This document shows positions 50,801 to 62,925 of a stretch of 64,000 nt of DNA, one piece after another. The DNA is from Gnetum montanum. Lineage: Eukaryota; Plantae; Gnetophyta. Numbering within the stretch: the first letter of the stretch is position 1; each line of letters starts with the position of its first letter. The translations under genes and the position numbers were made by a program. Location: contig MNCI01002813.1 in NCBI GenBank assembly GCA_015680685.1, forward strand, positions 1,297,403 through 1,361,402. Direction: 5' to 3'. The notes under the pieces are model-generated. The model saw nothing but the letters and a program-made list of their open reading frames with translations, did not search any database and was not told where the DNA came from.

Positions 50801-50959
50801 AATTTAATATGAAAATTTAAAAATAGGCTGTTTAAGGAAATTTACTATTTAATAGAAATTTTTATCATTTAGTATTTAAAAATAGAAAAAGATATACATG
50901 AAATTGGTAAATTGACACCATTTAGGAATAACACTTGTGTTGTGAACACAAGAAACCTT

Positions 50960-51635
50960 GTAAGAACAATATGTTTTGCAAAACAACAACAAAACTTGAA
51001 GTAGATTCTTGTCTTGTAGATAGAGAATCTTTCCAGCAACAGATACAAAAACCAAAAAAAGTCTGAAGATCGGTTAGGAGACATATTACTAGAGGTTCCA
51101 AAAAATATTCCTATGCAACAGAAGTTTAGAGGCGAGAAGAAGTGGAGTAATGGAGAATGTCTTCAAGCAAGATTAGCTCTCAAAAATTCTTGTAATAAAA
51201 AAGCTTTGAATAAGGACTACATGAATTTTTTTCAAGAGAAGAAAAAAAGAAGAAGAAAATTTCTAAAAGAGCATAAAAAAATATGGTGAAAATGATAAAG
51301 CAAGATCCACAAAATTTTCGGAAACTTATTAGAAATAAAGTTTCTCCAAGTAATGATATTCTCCAAGGGTTCTACAAAAAATTGTTTTATCATGAGATAA
51401 AAGTTATAACAAGTTGCATGCTCCTAGATATTTTACAACTTATGTATGATGAAGTAGTAGAGGGAATTGAGAAATTAGCTTCTAGAAAAGTTGTAGATGT
51501 AGAAAGATTGTATGCTGAATTATTAAAATGTGCTGGACAGGTAGTTTGGAGAGAGACTTGGAAATTGCTTACTGAAGGACTTTCAAATGATTTGACTAGA
51601 TAGTGGATGATTAGTAGAGTTGTTATAACATAAAG
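50960..51635 (+). mobile_element. Fragment of another LINE (pre-RT linker, L2/CR1/RTE-like)
   Basis: ORF 51283-51603 has EVVEGIEKL...K..D...LYAELLK followed by *W..S.VV, matching the segment that precedes LINE RT domains. Confidence 0.6.
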
Positions 51636-53387
51636 GGAAAATTGTGCGGTTGCACGCCTTCCAAGCCACCCATAAAAGCATTGACGCCCAAGAGTCGCCT
51701 ATCAACTGCCTCGAGAGGGGGGAGGGGGGCACCATCGCCTCTTGCCAAGTGGTGTGCATGCAGACGCAGTCATAAACAAAGTGTGCGATCATTTCGGGCG
51801 TGGCGCCACAACAAGGACATGTGTCGTCCTGCATGATGACGCGCCTGCGCATAATGGCATGTACAGGGAGTGCGTCAGACTGTATCATCCATAAAAAGAT
51901 TTTTATTTTTTCTGGGAGCCGCCCGTGCTAGCCGTCCTCTGGCGGATATTTTGCTGATAGTAGGGTGTGTGGCTTGAGGTCCAGCTAACCCTGGGTCAGC
52001 ATCATTCGTGCATGCTGGCAGATCGTCTGCCAGGGCTGCAAGGCACGCGTCCTGGCCTCCCACTATGTGTACTTACCATTGATGATGTGGGCCCATTGAC
52101 TCGGCTCCCTGTGCAGGTGCGTTAGGCGGTGCAGGAGCTGTTGCTGCCCTAATATGATTTCGTCCTCGAAAGACGTAATGCCTAGCCTCCCCACCTTACG
52201 GGGGCGCACGATGCGGGTCCAATTCACGAGGTGAAGCTTGCCCCCAACCCCCCNTTCGTACCATCTTGTTAATCTGTTGGATGATGGTGTTTGGGGGAGT
52301 GGCAATGGCCGCCACAAATCGTGTGATGGCCATGAGAATCCCGGTTGCCACGAGGAGACGACCCTTGCGAGTTAGGAAGCGATTGGCCCAGTGGTTCATT
52401 AGCCTTTAAACCTTCGCCATGAGTGGCCCCCACGAATTGTTTCGGCCCCATTGGAACAACGGGATGCCCAAGTATGTGTCTTTAGTTGTCTCAGGCTGGA
52501 TGTCTAGGATTTGCACCACCTTGCCTTTTACTTGCATATCAACATTAATGAAATGCGCCGCAAACTTGGTGCGGTTAATTTCTAATCCCAACTCCTTTGC
52601 CAGTCGGGTTAGGGCTGTGTTAATACAGTGTGCTTGTGGGGCCGTTGCCCGGCTAAGCAGCATGGTGTCATCTGCGTAGTGTTTGGCCTGGCAGGCCACC
52701 CTAGCGATGTCCAAGCCCTCCACCCCGGACGTGCTGCAATAATGTTGCATGAGGTCCATAGCAATGATGAAGAGTAGGGGCGAAAGTGGGTCTCCCTGTC
52801 TCAAACCCCTACCAAGGGATGAGAAGCCCCACAACTGCCCCCCCACATCGAATGAGAAACCAACGGAGGATTGGATGTGTATACACAGTTGGATGAAACT
52901 TTGGTCAAACCCTTTTCGATGCATAATGGCTTGCGAGGTAGGGGAGCAGGGCGGGGGTTGGTCGTGGGGTTACTTCAGGAGGGGGGTTGGTTGAATGGGG
53001 GACGCAATCGTCCTTTGCATCCCATGGTGACCTAGTTGCCCCCTTCGAACAAATGTTGGGCTGGGTCTCTGGGCCACGTCTTGCGGAATCGACATTTTGC
53101 TTCTAGGTGTTTGGGTTTCCCGCAACACCCGCAACCATCAGGCCTACCTGCCTGCCTGTTCGTACCACGCGTTGGGCCAGGATCCACTCCCAGGTTCTCG
53201 AAAGTGACTTGGAGGGTTTCCTCCTCCCTAGGGAGTTCTAGCAGTACCGCTCGGACGAGGTCAATCTCCGACAGACTGCGCCAGACGTAGAAGCGGGCGA
53301 AGCCCATTCTCTCCATCGACTGCGTAACGCGGTCGAAGGCAATGAAGTCACCAAAAAACCCCACAACCTCTGTCCAAATCCTCAATC
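51636..53387 (-). mobile_element. Young, internally deleted L1-type LINE fragment, copy D (ORF1 C-half fused to RT C-half and zf-RVT)
   Basis: ORF1 piece 53032-53385 with an intact CGCCGKPKHLEAKC knuckle. RT 52406-52924 with RGLRQGDPLSP and YADD. zf-RVT in 51583-51888. CpG-rich, with no poly(A) or TSD seen. Confidence 0.88.
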
Positions 53388-53389
53388 AA

Positions 53390-55565
53390 GAACCCACAAT
53401 GAACAAGAAAAGAAACTAGAATTTTATTCTTGCTTGTAGAAATGGAAATGTTGTTAGAACTAGTGTGAATGTGTGCCTCCTAAACTCCTTCATCTACATT
53501 TCTTTTGATTTTGAGTAGAGCAGGAAGTAGTGGTAGGCTTTCTTTTCATGGTGGTGTGTTTACTTTGATATAATAGATGTTATAAATGCGTTTATTTGAA
53601 GAAAAGTGGTCTTAGAAGGTTAGGGATTGAACAAATTGCTAAAAAGAGCGAGAAGGGGCCAAAAGCCTTAATGTGTGGCCTATGTTCCAAGAGACACAAT
53701 CCTTCACAAAAAGGTGTAAATAGGGGTGAACCCCTCCTATTGTAACTTGCCTTGTTTTTGCATTTGAGTTGAAGTAAATAGAAGCTCTTACTTCCTTGAA
53801 TTCTAAAGTGTTCTTGTACAAGCTCAGTGTGCTTGGGGAAGCTCTTCTAGCTTTCCCCTTTCTCTCTTCTTGCATTCTTGCAGTATGGCTCTCTTTATTT
53901 GAGGAGTCAATCCCTCCTCATGAGTTCTTCTCCCAAGTTCTTGTAACCTTTTCTTTCATAGTTTCTCACAATTTCATGCATTCTCACATGTTTATCACAT
54001 GTAGGTTTCAATTCAAGTTCTCTTAATTTTCTGAAGTTAAATGTATGTTTCTTCATGTTTCTAATGAAGATTTGAAGAATTTAGAAGTGGGTTTATGTTC
54101 TAATTCAAGGAATCCACTTCCTATTCATAGATTCAAGTTAATTTTCATGTTCATGCTCACAGTTTCAACCCTCTCATGTTAATTTAATATAAAAGCACAT
54201 AACTCTCTCTGCATGTGCTTGTTTCAAGCTTCTTTAGCTTGCAGTAGTCTCTCCTGATGTTTGTCTCATGTTCCTAAGAGTATTTGAAGTCATTTTAATG
54301 TGGATTTAAGAGTTCATGCATGCTTTTGGTGGTTTTGTGCATTTTGCACACATAAGTTGAATTCAAGTCTCAATTTATGTTTATCCTCTAATTCAAGCTT
54401 GCCTTATCATGTTTAGAGGCTATAAAACATGTTTCTAGTCTTTGTTTCCAAGTTTTGAGCCTCAAATTTGCTTAGTTTTTAATCAAATGTTTGTTCCAAG
54501 ATCATTCTTTGTTTCCTACAGGACCACAACTTCATCACAACTCACAGTAAACATAGAGATATTTCTAGGCAACCATGACCTTACCATGACCTCTAGTGAG
54601 CAATCATGACTTTACCACAAGTTATGGTATGTTTTTTCAATGGTGTCACTACTCATGGTCTACTTGCTAGATAAATTTGAAGTAGAAGAAGGTATCACAA
54701 AGGTCAGAACATTCACTAGAACTTGGCCATGACTCATGGCCAACTTGTGGTATTCACATAGTTCATTTCCTCTTTGTTTCTATCAAACTAGGACTTGCGG
54801 CAGGGTCATGGTATAACAACATGACTTGACCACAACCCATATTCAGAAACTGTGACTCATAGCATTGCAGATCACGATGGCTCAAATCGACTTCGAAGAA
54901 ATTGAAATTTCTGCTACAAAAAACTCAGAGGGACCTTATTCCGTTGCCGACCTCTAACAACTGGAATACAAAAGAAAATGGAAGCAATGCCCTAAGAATA
55001 GAGAAGTACTCAAGATCCTCATACTACTCCCTTTCACGCAAAGCTTAGAGCCATACAAGGATGGCTTCCTCACACTCATTGACATAATTGTGAATGATGG
55101 CTTCCAACAATAATGCTCAAAAATGAGTTCAACAAGTTCAATTGTCCTCCCTCGAAATGACTTTTGATTTCCTTTCCATTTGTTCTCTTCAGCTCTTGGC
55201 CCTTGATGCCAATTTATAATGCCGTTGATGACTTTTCATCTGCTTATTGGGCTTCAAATTCAAATTTATGTTGGTTAGAATTTGTGCTTAAAATTGCCTT
55301 GGTCATGGCCAGGACGTCCAAGATTTCTTTTATGTCCAGACAGAATGCAAGGTAGTCTTAAGTGGGACATCCAAGTGGACGTCTAGGCTTCCTTGGGACA
55401 TCCCTATGGACGTTTGGGTCATTTGGGACATCTTCAGTGATGTCTTGTCTAAGGTCAAAAATCATCAAAACATCTCCAAACTTGCCCCTAATGATCCTGG
55501 ACTCACCGAAACATGTCCAAACACACCCAAACACATGGAAAAGACACAAACATTTGAAGATTAAT
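53390..55565. mobile_element. Probable LTR-retrotransposon LTR/leader-like sequence
   Basis: Non-coding T-rich leader with repeated CATGAC/CCATGACC motifs, a short decayed ORF near 54877 and GGGACAT repeats. The termini are not resolved. Confidence 0.4.
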
Positions 55566-55599
55566 TAATTACATTGGTTTGGGTGATGTCATCATCACC

Positions 55600-55790
55600 G
55601 CTCCTCATCTGCTTGAGAGTGTTAAGGAAGAATTTTGGAAGGTTCACCTGCCTCCCTAATTGTAGGCACCACAGAAACCTAAAATGGACCCCTTGCAGCT
55701 TCCAGACGTTACTTAAATGCATTAAGAAGCAGTTAACAATTTTGGCTGCCACCTATCAAAGAGGAGACAGATGGGATTTAGGGACTTAGA
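55600..55790 (-). mobile_element. Isolated fragment of the LINE C-terminal extension domain
   Basis: ORF 55561-55752 reads SNVWKLQGVHFRFLWCL...VNLPKFFLNTL, which matches copy B TNVWKFQELHFAFLCC...VNLLRFFIESL. Confidence 0.75.
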
Positions 55791-55974
55791 TAGATTAACA
55801 AAGGAGCCACACTATGACGTTTATTTATATGATTTGTTCATTGACAAACAGAATCATAACTTGAAACAAAGATTTCTCTAGCACATTCTTGTATGTTTGT
55901 AGATTTGTACATGTAATATTTATTGATAGATTTGAATATGACAAGATTGGTGGCCGTTCCTGTCTCATTATCAG

Positions 55975-56044
55975 CTTTCTTGGAAAGATTCTGGTACCAG
56001 CTGGTTCTAATGATGTAGCTGTTGGGCAGCCTCTTGCTATTTTG
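55975..56044 (+). CDS. LTA3: E2 exon 8 (FLGKILVPAGSNDVAVGQPLAIL)
   Basis: End of the lipoyl domain; TCAG acceptor and GTCAGT donor; phase matches exon 7. Confidence 0.95.
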
Positions 56045-56219
56045 GTCAGTTCTCTAACCAAATTTGTATTACAATAATTTACAGTAGAACCAATGATGTT
56101 TATTCCTTTCTTTTATAAATAATTTTAAAACTGTACTGTGAATGTAAGCAGTAGTTAATATATGTGAAAAGACAATACTGTTAAGCTCCTGATGTCTTTA
56201 TCCATCTCTATGCTTTCAG

Positions 56220-56636
56220 GTTGACAAGCTTGAAGATGTTGCAAGGCTTATAACTCTTAATGCAGAGCAGTTTTCACAAGGACAAAAGCCACGTGGACAG
56301 AAGCTGAGTGATACCAGTGCAGAACATGCACCGCACGATAAAGAAACAAAGGATCTACAAGGTTTTAGATTTGGTCCTGCTGTTAGGCGTCTTCTTGAGG
56401 AATTTAATGTTGATTTAACTGCTCTTAGGAGCACAGGCCCTCGTGGCACTCTCCTGAAAGCTGATGTCCTGACAGCAATTAGATCTGGGAAAGTAGCAAA
56501 ATTTTCTGCGACAGTAGACACATCGAAGGTCTCTGAAGTGATAATACGTGACAAAAACGTAAAAAACATGCCGTCTAGCATGCCTTTGTCATCATTGGAA
56601 GCCTATGATGATGTTGCCAACACTCAAATCCGCAAA
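56220..56636 (+). CDS. LTA3: E2 exon 9 (linker, peripheral subunit-binding domain, start of catalytic domain)
   Basis: 139 open codons including RFGPAVRRLLEEFNVD...STGPRGTLLKADV (PSBD) and YDDVANTQIRK; TTTCAG acceptor and GTATGT donor. Confidence 0.95.
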
Positions 56637-57866
56637 GTATGTTTCTTTACCATCTTCAAGTCCTTATGCCACTCTTTCTTTTGTGTTTTGTTCTTACAAT
56701 CTATCTCACATACTTTGTGTAATTAGTTGAACCAAGCTTCAGCCTCCCCAGAGAAGTGCTGGGACTGAGAGCTCCAGCTTCTTTCAACCCATTTATTATC
56801 ATTTTTGATACCAGTGACAGAGAAAATCAAAATTTGGACTTTTATGTGTAACTTCAAAAATTCTTGTTGATGCTGTTTCCTAACACGGCTGTAAACATTC
56901 ATTACAAGTTAGTTTTCATGAGTTACATTTTAACATATACCCGAGGTTTGGAGGTGATTTTCTTGTTAAGAAAAGTGATGGATAATTTTAAGAGAAATAT
57001 GTGCTTTATTTGCCTGGAAATTGCATGTCTTAGATTCCAAGGGAACTTAATTGTTATGTTTTAAGAAGAAAGGTATCGCAGTTCGGTATGTAGGCTTTAT
57101 GCCTAGATGCATATAATGCAGACTAAGATTATTGATTTTGCAAAGAGTATTTCACCAGGGTAATAACAAAATCAATATTTGTTTGCATTTGATATGGGTT
57201 AATTAGGAGCCATCATTTGGAATGATAGTAAGGTGCTTGTTTCAAGATGATCCTATTTGATCCTAGATTAATTATAATAAATAACTAAAAGAGAGGTTAC
57301 ACTTTTGCTCATTACTGACCCTACTAAGACCATTTTTTGGTGTGATGGGCATTGAGCTCCTTGATGATGACCCTATTTGATCTTGGATTAATTATAATAA
57401 TCAACTAAAAATTAATAAAATTTAGCTCTTGATAGATGAATTCATGTTGGTGATCCCATTGTTGATGGAACAACGTAAGTATGGTAATGATAATGATATG
57501 GATGACATTTTCTTGATGCATGTAATTTCCACATGGTACAATGCTAGTGACAAATGAAAAAATTCTACCAACAAGAAGATGAAGAAATATGGTTGAATCG
57601 AAAGGGTTATAATTAAGAGAAGGAAACAAAGTACTTAGACTACAAGTCTAGAGATGTGCAAGTATGTTAGATGCAATTCTTGAAATTGAGGTTCAAGATC
57701 TTAAGTGACAATCTCAATGGCTTAATTATTCAATACTGTTTTAATAGACAAATATGATATAAAGATATTGAATATGAAAAGGTATGATGTTTTGAAAACC
57801 TCAAATCACCCTGTTCTTGGACAATACACAATATGGATGGAAGTGTTTGTCAAACCAAATTTGCTT

Positions 57867-58274
57867 CATCATCATCATCGTAGCCTTGTCCCAACAAAAT
57901 GGGGTCATCCATGAGTTCTTTTTTGCCACTCACCTCTATGAAGAGCTAGATCTTTGTTTATTTGCAATTTCTTCAGATTGTCTTTAATTGTATTTTCTCA
58001 TATCTTTTCTGGTTTTCCATTCAATGGTTTTTCTGGAATAGTGAGGTAGCAACCTTTTTTCATAGGTTCCTTATTTGATCTTCTTTGCACATGCCTAAAC
58101 CATTTAAGACACCATTCTTGCAACTTATTTGCAATAGAAGCCACTCGAAGTCTTCCTTTGATGTCCATATTGTGTAGTTTATCTCTTTTGATAACATTCA
58201 ACATCCAAACATTCACATTTCTGCCACACTGATTTGTTATTCATGCTAATATTGTACTGCTTAACATTCTGCAC
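57867..58274 (-). mobile_element. 5'-truncated RTE-clade LINE with (GAT)n tail
   Basis: 20-bp TSD with one mismatch, TTGTCAAACCAAATTT(G/A)CTT (57847-57866 and 58275-58294). (CAT)n tail on the + strand. Protein motif KLQE..LKWF.HVQRR. Confidence 0.9.
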
Positions 58275-58539
58275 TTGTCAAACCAAATTTACTTGTTAAT
58301 TAAAATCGTCTTACCACTTTTTAAGCAAAATTTGAAGGTTTTTGAGATCCTAATAGGTTTTGAATACATTTTTGATTATTAATGAACATCTTCTATTTTG
58401 ATTGTTTGGTAGAATTACAAATCCATGTGATGTTTAGATATACAGAAAAAATGAGGAGGAAATTGGGGGAATCATTGGATAGAACCAATCACATTAAATA
58501 TTTTATGAACAGGATTTTGACATTTTTGTTATGGCTTAT

Positions 58540-59214
58540 ATGTAATGCAATTTCAAGCAGTGATGAAATAGAAGTGACAATCCAAGACCAAAAAGTTCAT
58601 CATTGCAAACAATTATGCTATTTAGGATTAATGCTTCAATTAGATGGTGAAATTGATAAAGATATAAGAAATGGGATTGAGGTAGAATGGTCAAAATGGA
58701 GATAGGCTATTAGTGTTTTATGTGATAAAAGAATCCTAATAAAACTAAAGGGAAAATTTTACAAAACAACAATCAAACCTACTATCTTATATGGAGGTGA
58801 ATGTTGATCAGTACAAAGGAGGCATAAACAATAAGTCAGTGTGACAGAAATGCAAATGCATAGATGGATGTTGAATATTACCAGAAGAGATAAATTGCAC
58901 ATTACAAACATTTGAGAAAGACTAGCAGTAGCTTCTATTTTAAATAAGTTGCAAGAAAGACATCTTAGATGGTTTGGGCATTTGCAAAGAAGATCATATA
59001 GTGAGCCTATAAAAAAAGGTTGCTACATCACTGTTTTAAGAAAGCCACTGAAAGGAAGACCAAAAAAGAAATGGGGGAAAAAAAAAGATTGAAGATGATC
59101 TAAAAAAATTGCAAGTAAACAAAGATTTAGCTTCTCATACAAGTGAATGGTGAAAAAGAACTCATATAGTAGACCCCATTTTGTTGGAAGAAGGTTAGGA
59201 TGATGATGATGATG
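58540..59214 (+). mobile_element. 5'-truncated RTE-clade LINE with (GAT)n tail
   Basis: Motifs YLG.MLQ.DGEIDKDI...W.KWR, KLKGKFYKT.IKP.ILYG.EC and LRWFGHL.RR. It ends in GGATGATGATGATGATG. Confidence 0.9.
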
Positions 59215-59623
59215 AAAAATAATGTGATGTGTCTATGCAATATTACAACTTAGACTGTGGATAGAAGAATATCTTGGAATTAGTTGGTTGAATAATGATT
59301 ATGTAAAATCAAATATTTTATGTATTAGTTACAATGAAGCAGTGGAATATGCATTCATAATTCCTTTGTGGCTTCTAAGATGAAATATTCTAGTTGGGGG
59401 CATGGCATTGGAAAAAAATTTACATACCACAATCTTGAAAAATTGATGTTTAGTGCTTTAAAACATATAATGTCTTTTCAACGCATAGACAGTCTTAGTT
59501 CCTAATTTCCATGATTGCATATGCTTAACTTTTGTCATTGACATTTAAAAAGCCTTTGCTTTTTGTTAGCTTGTTCTTTATACTGTATTCTACTAATTCT
59601 TAAGAAGCTTATTGTAACCATAG

Positions 59624-59684
59624 ATCATTGCAAAACGTTTAATGGAGTCAAAGCATGGGATCCCCCATATTTATTTGTCTTCTA
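59624..59684 (+). CDS. LTA3: E2 exon 10 (IIAKRLMESKHGIPHIYLSS)
   Basis: Conserved IAKRL.ESK..IPH.Y; CATAG acceptor and GTAAGT donor. Confidence 0.95.
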
Positions 59685-59798
59685 GTAAGTTTTGGGCTTT
59701 CCATTACTCTTTAGAATATTGAATTTTCCTTTGCACTACTTTTAATGTTGCATATATCATGTTTCTTATTACATTTTTGTGTTTCCCAAATTTTCCAG

Positions 59799-59843
59799 AA
59801 GTAATCATTGATCCTCTACTGGATCTTAGAAAGGACATGAAAG
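59799..59843 (+). CDS. LTA3: E2 exon 11 (KVIIDPLLDLRKDMK)
   Basis: DPLL..RK motif; TTCCAG acceptor and GTATGT donor. Confidence 0.92.
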
Positions 59844-59938
59844 GTATGTGAAAATGGGTGTTTGCATTTCTTATTAAATGAGAAAGTTAATCACGTACAG
59901 TACATTGCAATGAGATTTTTATTTTGTATTTTTTGTAG

Positions 59939-60022
59939 AGAAACATGGGTTGAAGGTTTCTGTAAACGACATTGTCATCAAAGTAGTTGCACTTGCATTA
60001 AAAGCTGTACCGGAAGCAAATG
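59939..60022 (+). CDS. LTA3: E2 exon 12 (EKHGLKVSVNDIVIKVVALALKAVPEAN)
   Basis: Conserved KVSVND..IK...AL..VPEAN; TGTAG acceptor and GTGCAA donor. Confidence 0.95.
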
Positions 60023-60258
60023 GTGCAAAATCTTCTTGCCAGCTTTCCCTATTAGTTAGCATTTTCATACAGTTTATTTTGTAGCATAAACATTCTTTGA
60101 AGTCAATTTTGTTAGCAGAAACTATGGTAATAGTTTGCAATCAAAGGCATAGAAGATGCTGAACTCATAGGAGTGCGTTAAATATTTTAATGTTACAAAA
60201 GAAATCCATCACTTAGCAAAATGTTCAGGACAAAACATACATTGGTACATGGGAATAG

Positions 60259-61270
60259 TTTTTTTTTTTTTTGGAGAAATGGTCGAGATAAATTAATAAA
60301 ATTGCAAAGTATGTACAAGCCAAACCATAGGAGCATACAACAACCGTTAAGCATGGTCTGTCCATGAAGTCCTCAAACCCAGGCTTGGCCAACCTAGAGA
60401 CCCAAAATGATCCGCATGTTGGAAGTTTGGCAGATCCCTTCATCCTAAAACCCCTATTTCCAGCAACAAAAAAAGCTGCTCAACCAATATCAAGAAATGG
60501 GAGCCTAACAAACCCTCAAACCCCAAGCCCTGCAATCTCCGAAAGCCTTTTTAGGATATTGGTGTACTCATAGTCTCTACACTCTTGGCAATGTATGGCC
60601 TGAAGAATCTCCCGATGTCTTTCAGTGTCTAGAAAGGTTGTAGCCTCTTGAAAGCTTATAAACTCTGCCTCCTTTCTAATTCGCTTAGCCTCGTCCCCCC
60701 TCCCATCTAGGTGTAGCTTGGTTGCAGTGCATCGAATGTGTCGATGCAATGCGAGCCAAGCCATATTACAATTAATGTCTAACACAACATACGGGCATCT
60801 TCCCTCTTGAAGGAAGATTCACATGTTAGTCGCATGAGCTTTGTCTAGCTGCTATTGGAGCTACACAACCTCTATTTGTTCTCTCTCCCAGGTCTTCCTA
60901 GCCTCTTACTTTTGTTTTGTTCTTTGTTACTCCTCCTATTGGAGCTTTGCTCTAATTTGCACAAATAGCTCATCAATGAGCACTACCTTGGCCGAATGCT
61001 CCTGCAACTCTCAGTGCCTTCTGATCTCATTTTCTAGCTATGTACATTGCAATGCTGCCTAAGTAGCAACCTGCTTGTAGGCCTCCTTGCACATGGTCCA
61101 TCTTGCCTCTCAAATGGCCCTCTCTTCCACCCTAGCTCGCTCCGTGGCCTCCTTGGCCACCTTCTAGATTTCATTATGACAACATTGCTGAGTTTCCCAG
61201 CCTCGTCCCTCTGGATCGGACAAGCCCTCCTGCCCCACCTCCTCCATAGGCTCAGCCACCCCCCACATTG
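60259..61270 (-). mobile_element. 5'-truncated L1-type LINE, copy F (coiled coil + J-domain + 3' UTR)
   Basis: Poly(T) at 60259-60272 on the + strand. J-domain ~60600-60797 reads CPYVVLDI...W.AL.RHIR.TATKLHLDG...EF.SFQEA..FLD.E.HR.IL. TSD not resolved. Confidence 0.85.
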
Positions 61271-61618
61271 AATCAGCTATGCTTAAGTTCTTATTTTTGA
61301 AAGTCAGAAAATTCCACTCATATTTGGATGGGGTCGGTTGGGAAATTGTGTCATATTTTGACAATAGGAATTGTTGAGGTTAAAGCAAACACGGTATTGA
61401 ATTCACCTCAAAGAGGTTGAAAGCTATTCTAAGAAAGCTACAATTAAAAAGTAAATCGTAGATGCATTATGCTTATAAACATACTAGTATTGTGGAATGC
61501 ATGAACAATGGTGTGTGCATGTTTACGTAAGCCAAGTTATGTAAGGACTACATGCAAGATGTGTTATGGACTAGGTTTACACACTCACATATGATGTGTC
61601 ATAACTATGTTTTTTCCC

Positions 61619-62110
61619 TTTTTTGAATAAGTAAGAAGAGATTATATTAATACAAGAATATTCAAATCACAATGAGACTATTCTTGGGATCTAAGCAATC
61701 AACCAAGATGATAGGGTCAATTTTCCAATGAAAAGTAAAATAATTATTTCAAAATACCAATCTAACCCTAAGTTTGAAAATAAAAAGTATAATATGTAAA
61801 ATTTAAAGATTTAGGCAGTTAAGCCCTATTTTATATCTCACATTCTCCTTACAATTTTTTACTGTTAGCACCATTCTCTTATCTAGATTGATTTCTATCT
61901 GTTTAAAAGTTGTTCTATTTCTTTCTTTTCATGTTTGAAAGATTATACATGTGTTAGCAAAGCACTGCTAATATTAGTAATGTAGCAAGTTCTACCAATG
62001 CAAGTACAAGCTAGTTGAGATCTTGTGGAGATTTTGGCATAATAAAATGCTGGTTTGTAGCTTTCCAAACAAAGTTTCAAAATGAGCAATTGCAGGGAAA
62101 TGCAAATAAG
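61619..62110 (-). mobile_element. 3' fragment of the AT-rich LINE family
   Basis: Collinear with 63087-63660 and sharing its terminus with 32288. Confidence 0.7.
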
Positions 62111-62722
62111 AGATTTTGGCATAATTAAATGCTGAAAAGTGTCATGAATATTGAGAACAGAACTTGGGAATGTTAGTTTCTTAAAAGAAGCTTTATTTTA
62201 GTTTTTAGTAGGAATGAGTTCACTGTGGTGTCTAAACAGACTGAACATAGAGAAAAAATAATTGAGAAAAACCTGGTGAGTTTCAAATAGAAGTAAAACA
62301 CTATTATTAGTTGGAATATTTGTTATTTGCGTAATTTTATTCTGGTTATTGTTTCTAAATTAAATAATGAGTATAGTTCTAAGCTTTTTTAGTAGTTTAA
62401 TTATACTTTCTTTTCAGGTTTTTAAAATTGTTATTCATATGATGCTATTAAACTCTGCCTTTTCTCTGAAGTTGTTTTTGCAAGTTCAGAACTTCTACAG
62501 TTATGCAATATTTCTTTTGTTTGACATTCTGAAAAAATATTATGAACAATAAAGTTTACTGCTTCACTGAATACTTTTAGAGAATAAAGACCATAAAACT
62601 TAAGGTTATCTTATATGTTAATCTGCAGAATATATGTGTGGAATTTATATGAATCAAAGAACTATGGATATGTTTTGTTTTAAGACATTGCTAACAAATT
62701 CTTTCAATGGTCTGAATCGTAG

Positions 62723-62799
62723 CATACTGGAGTAATGAAAATGAACAAGTTGTTCCTTGCAGTTCTGTTGACATATCAATAGCTGTTGCCACTGAAAAG
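62723..62799 (+). CDS. LTA3: E2 exon 13 (AYWSNENEQVVPCSSVDISIAVATEK)
   Basis: Conserved VDISIAVATEK; CGTAG acceptor and GTAGAG donor. Confidence 0.95.
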
Positions 62800-62925
62800 G
62801 TAGAGCTATTATTTTTTATGAATATTTCACATGGTTAATGGATGTCACTTCCATGTCATTTTTTAGTGACTTGAAAAATCATATGAATAATTTCTCTAAT
62901 TACCATCATCATCTCATAATTGCAG

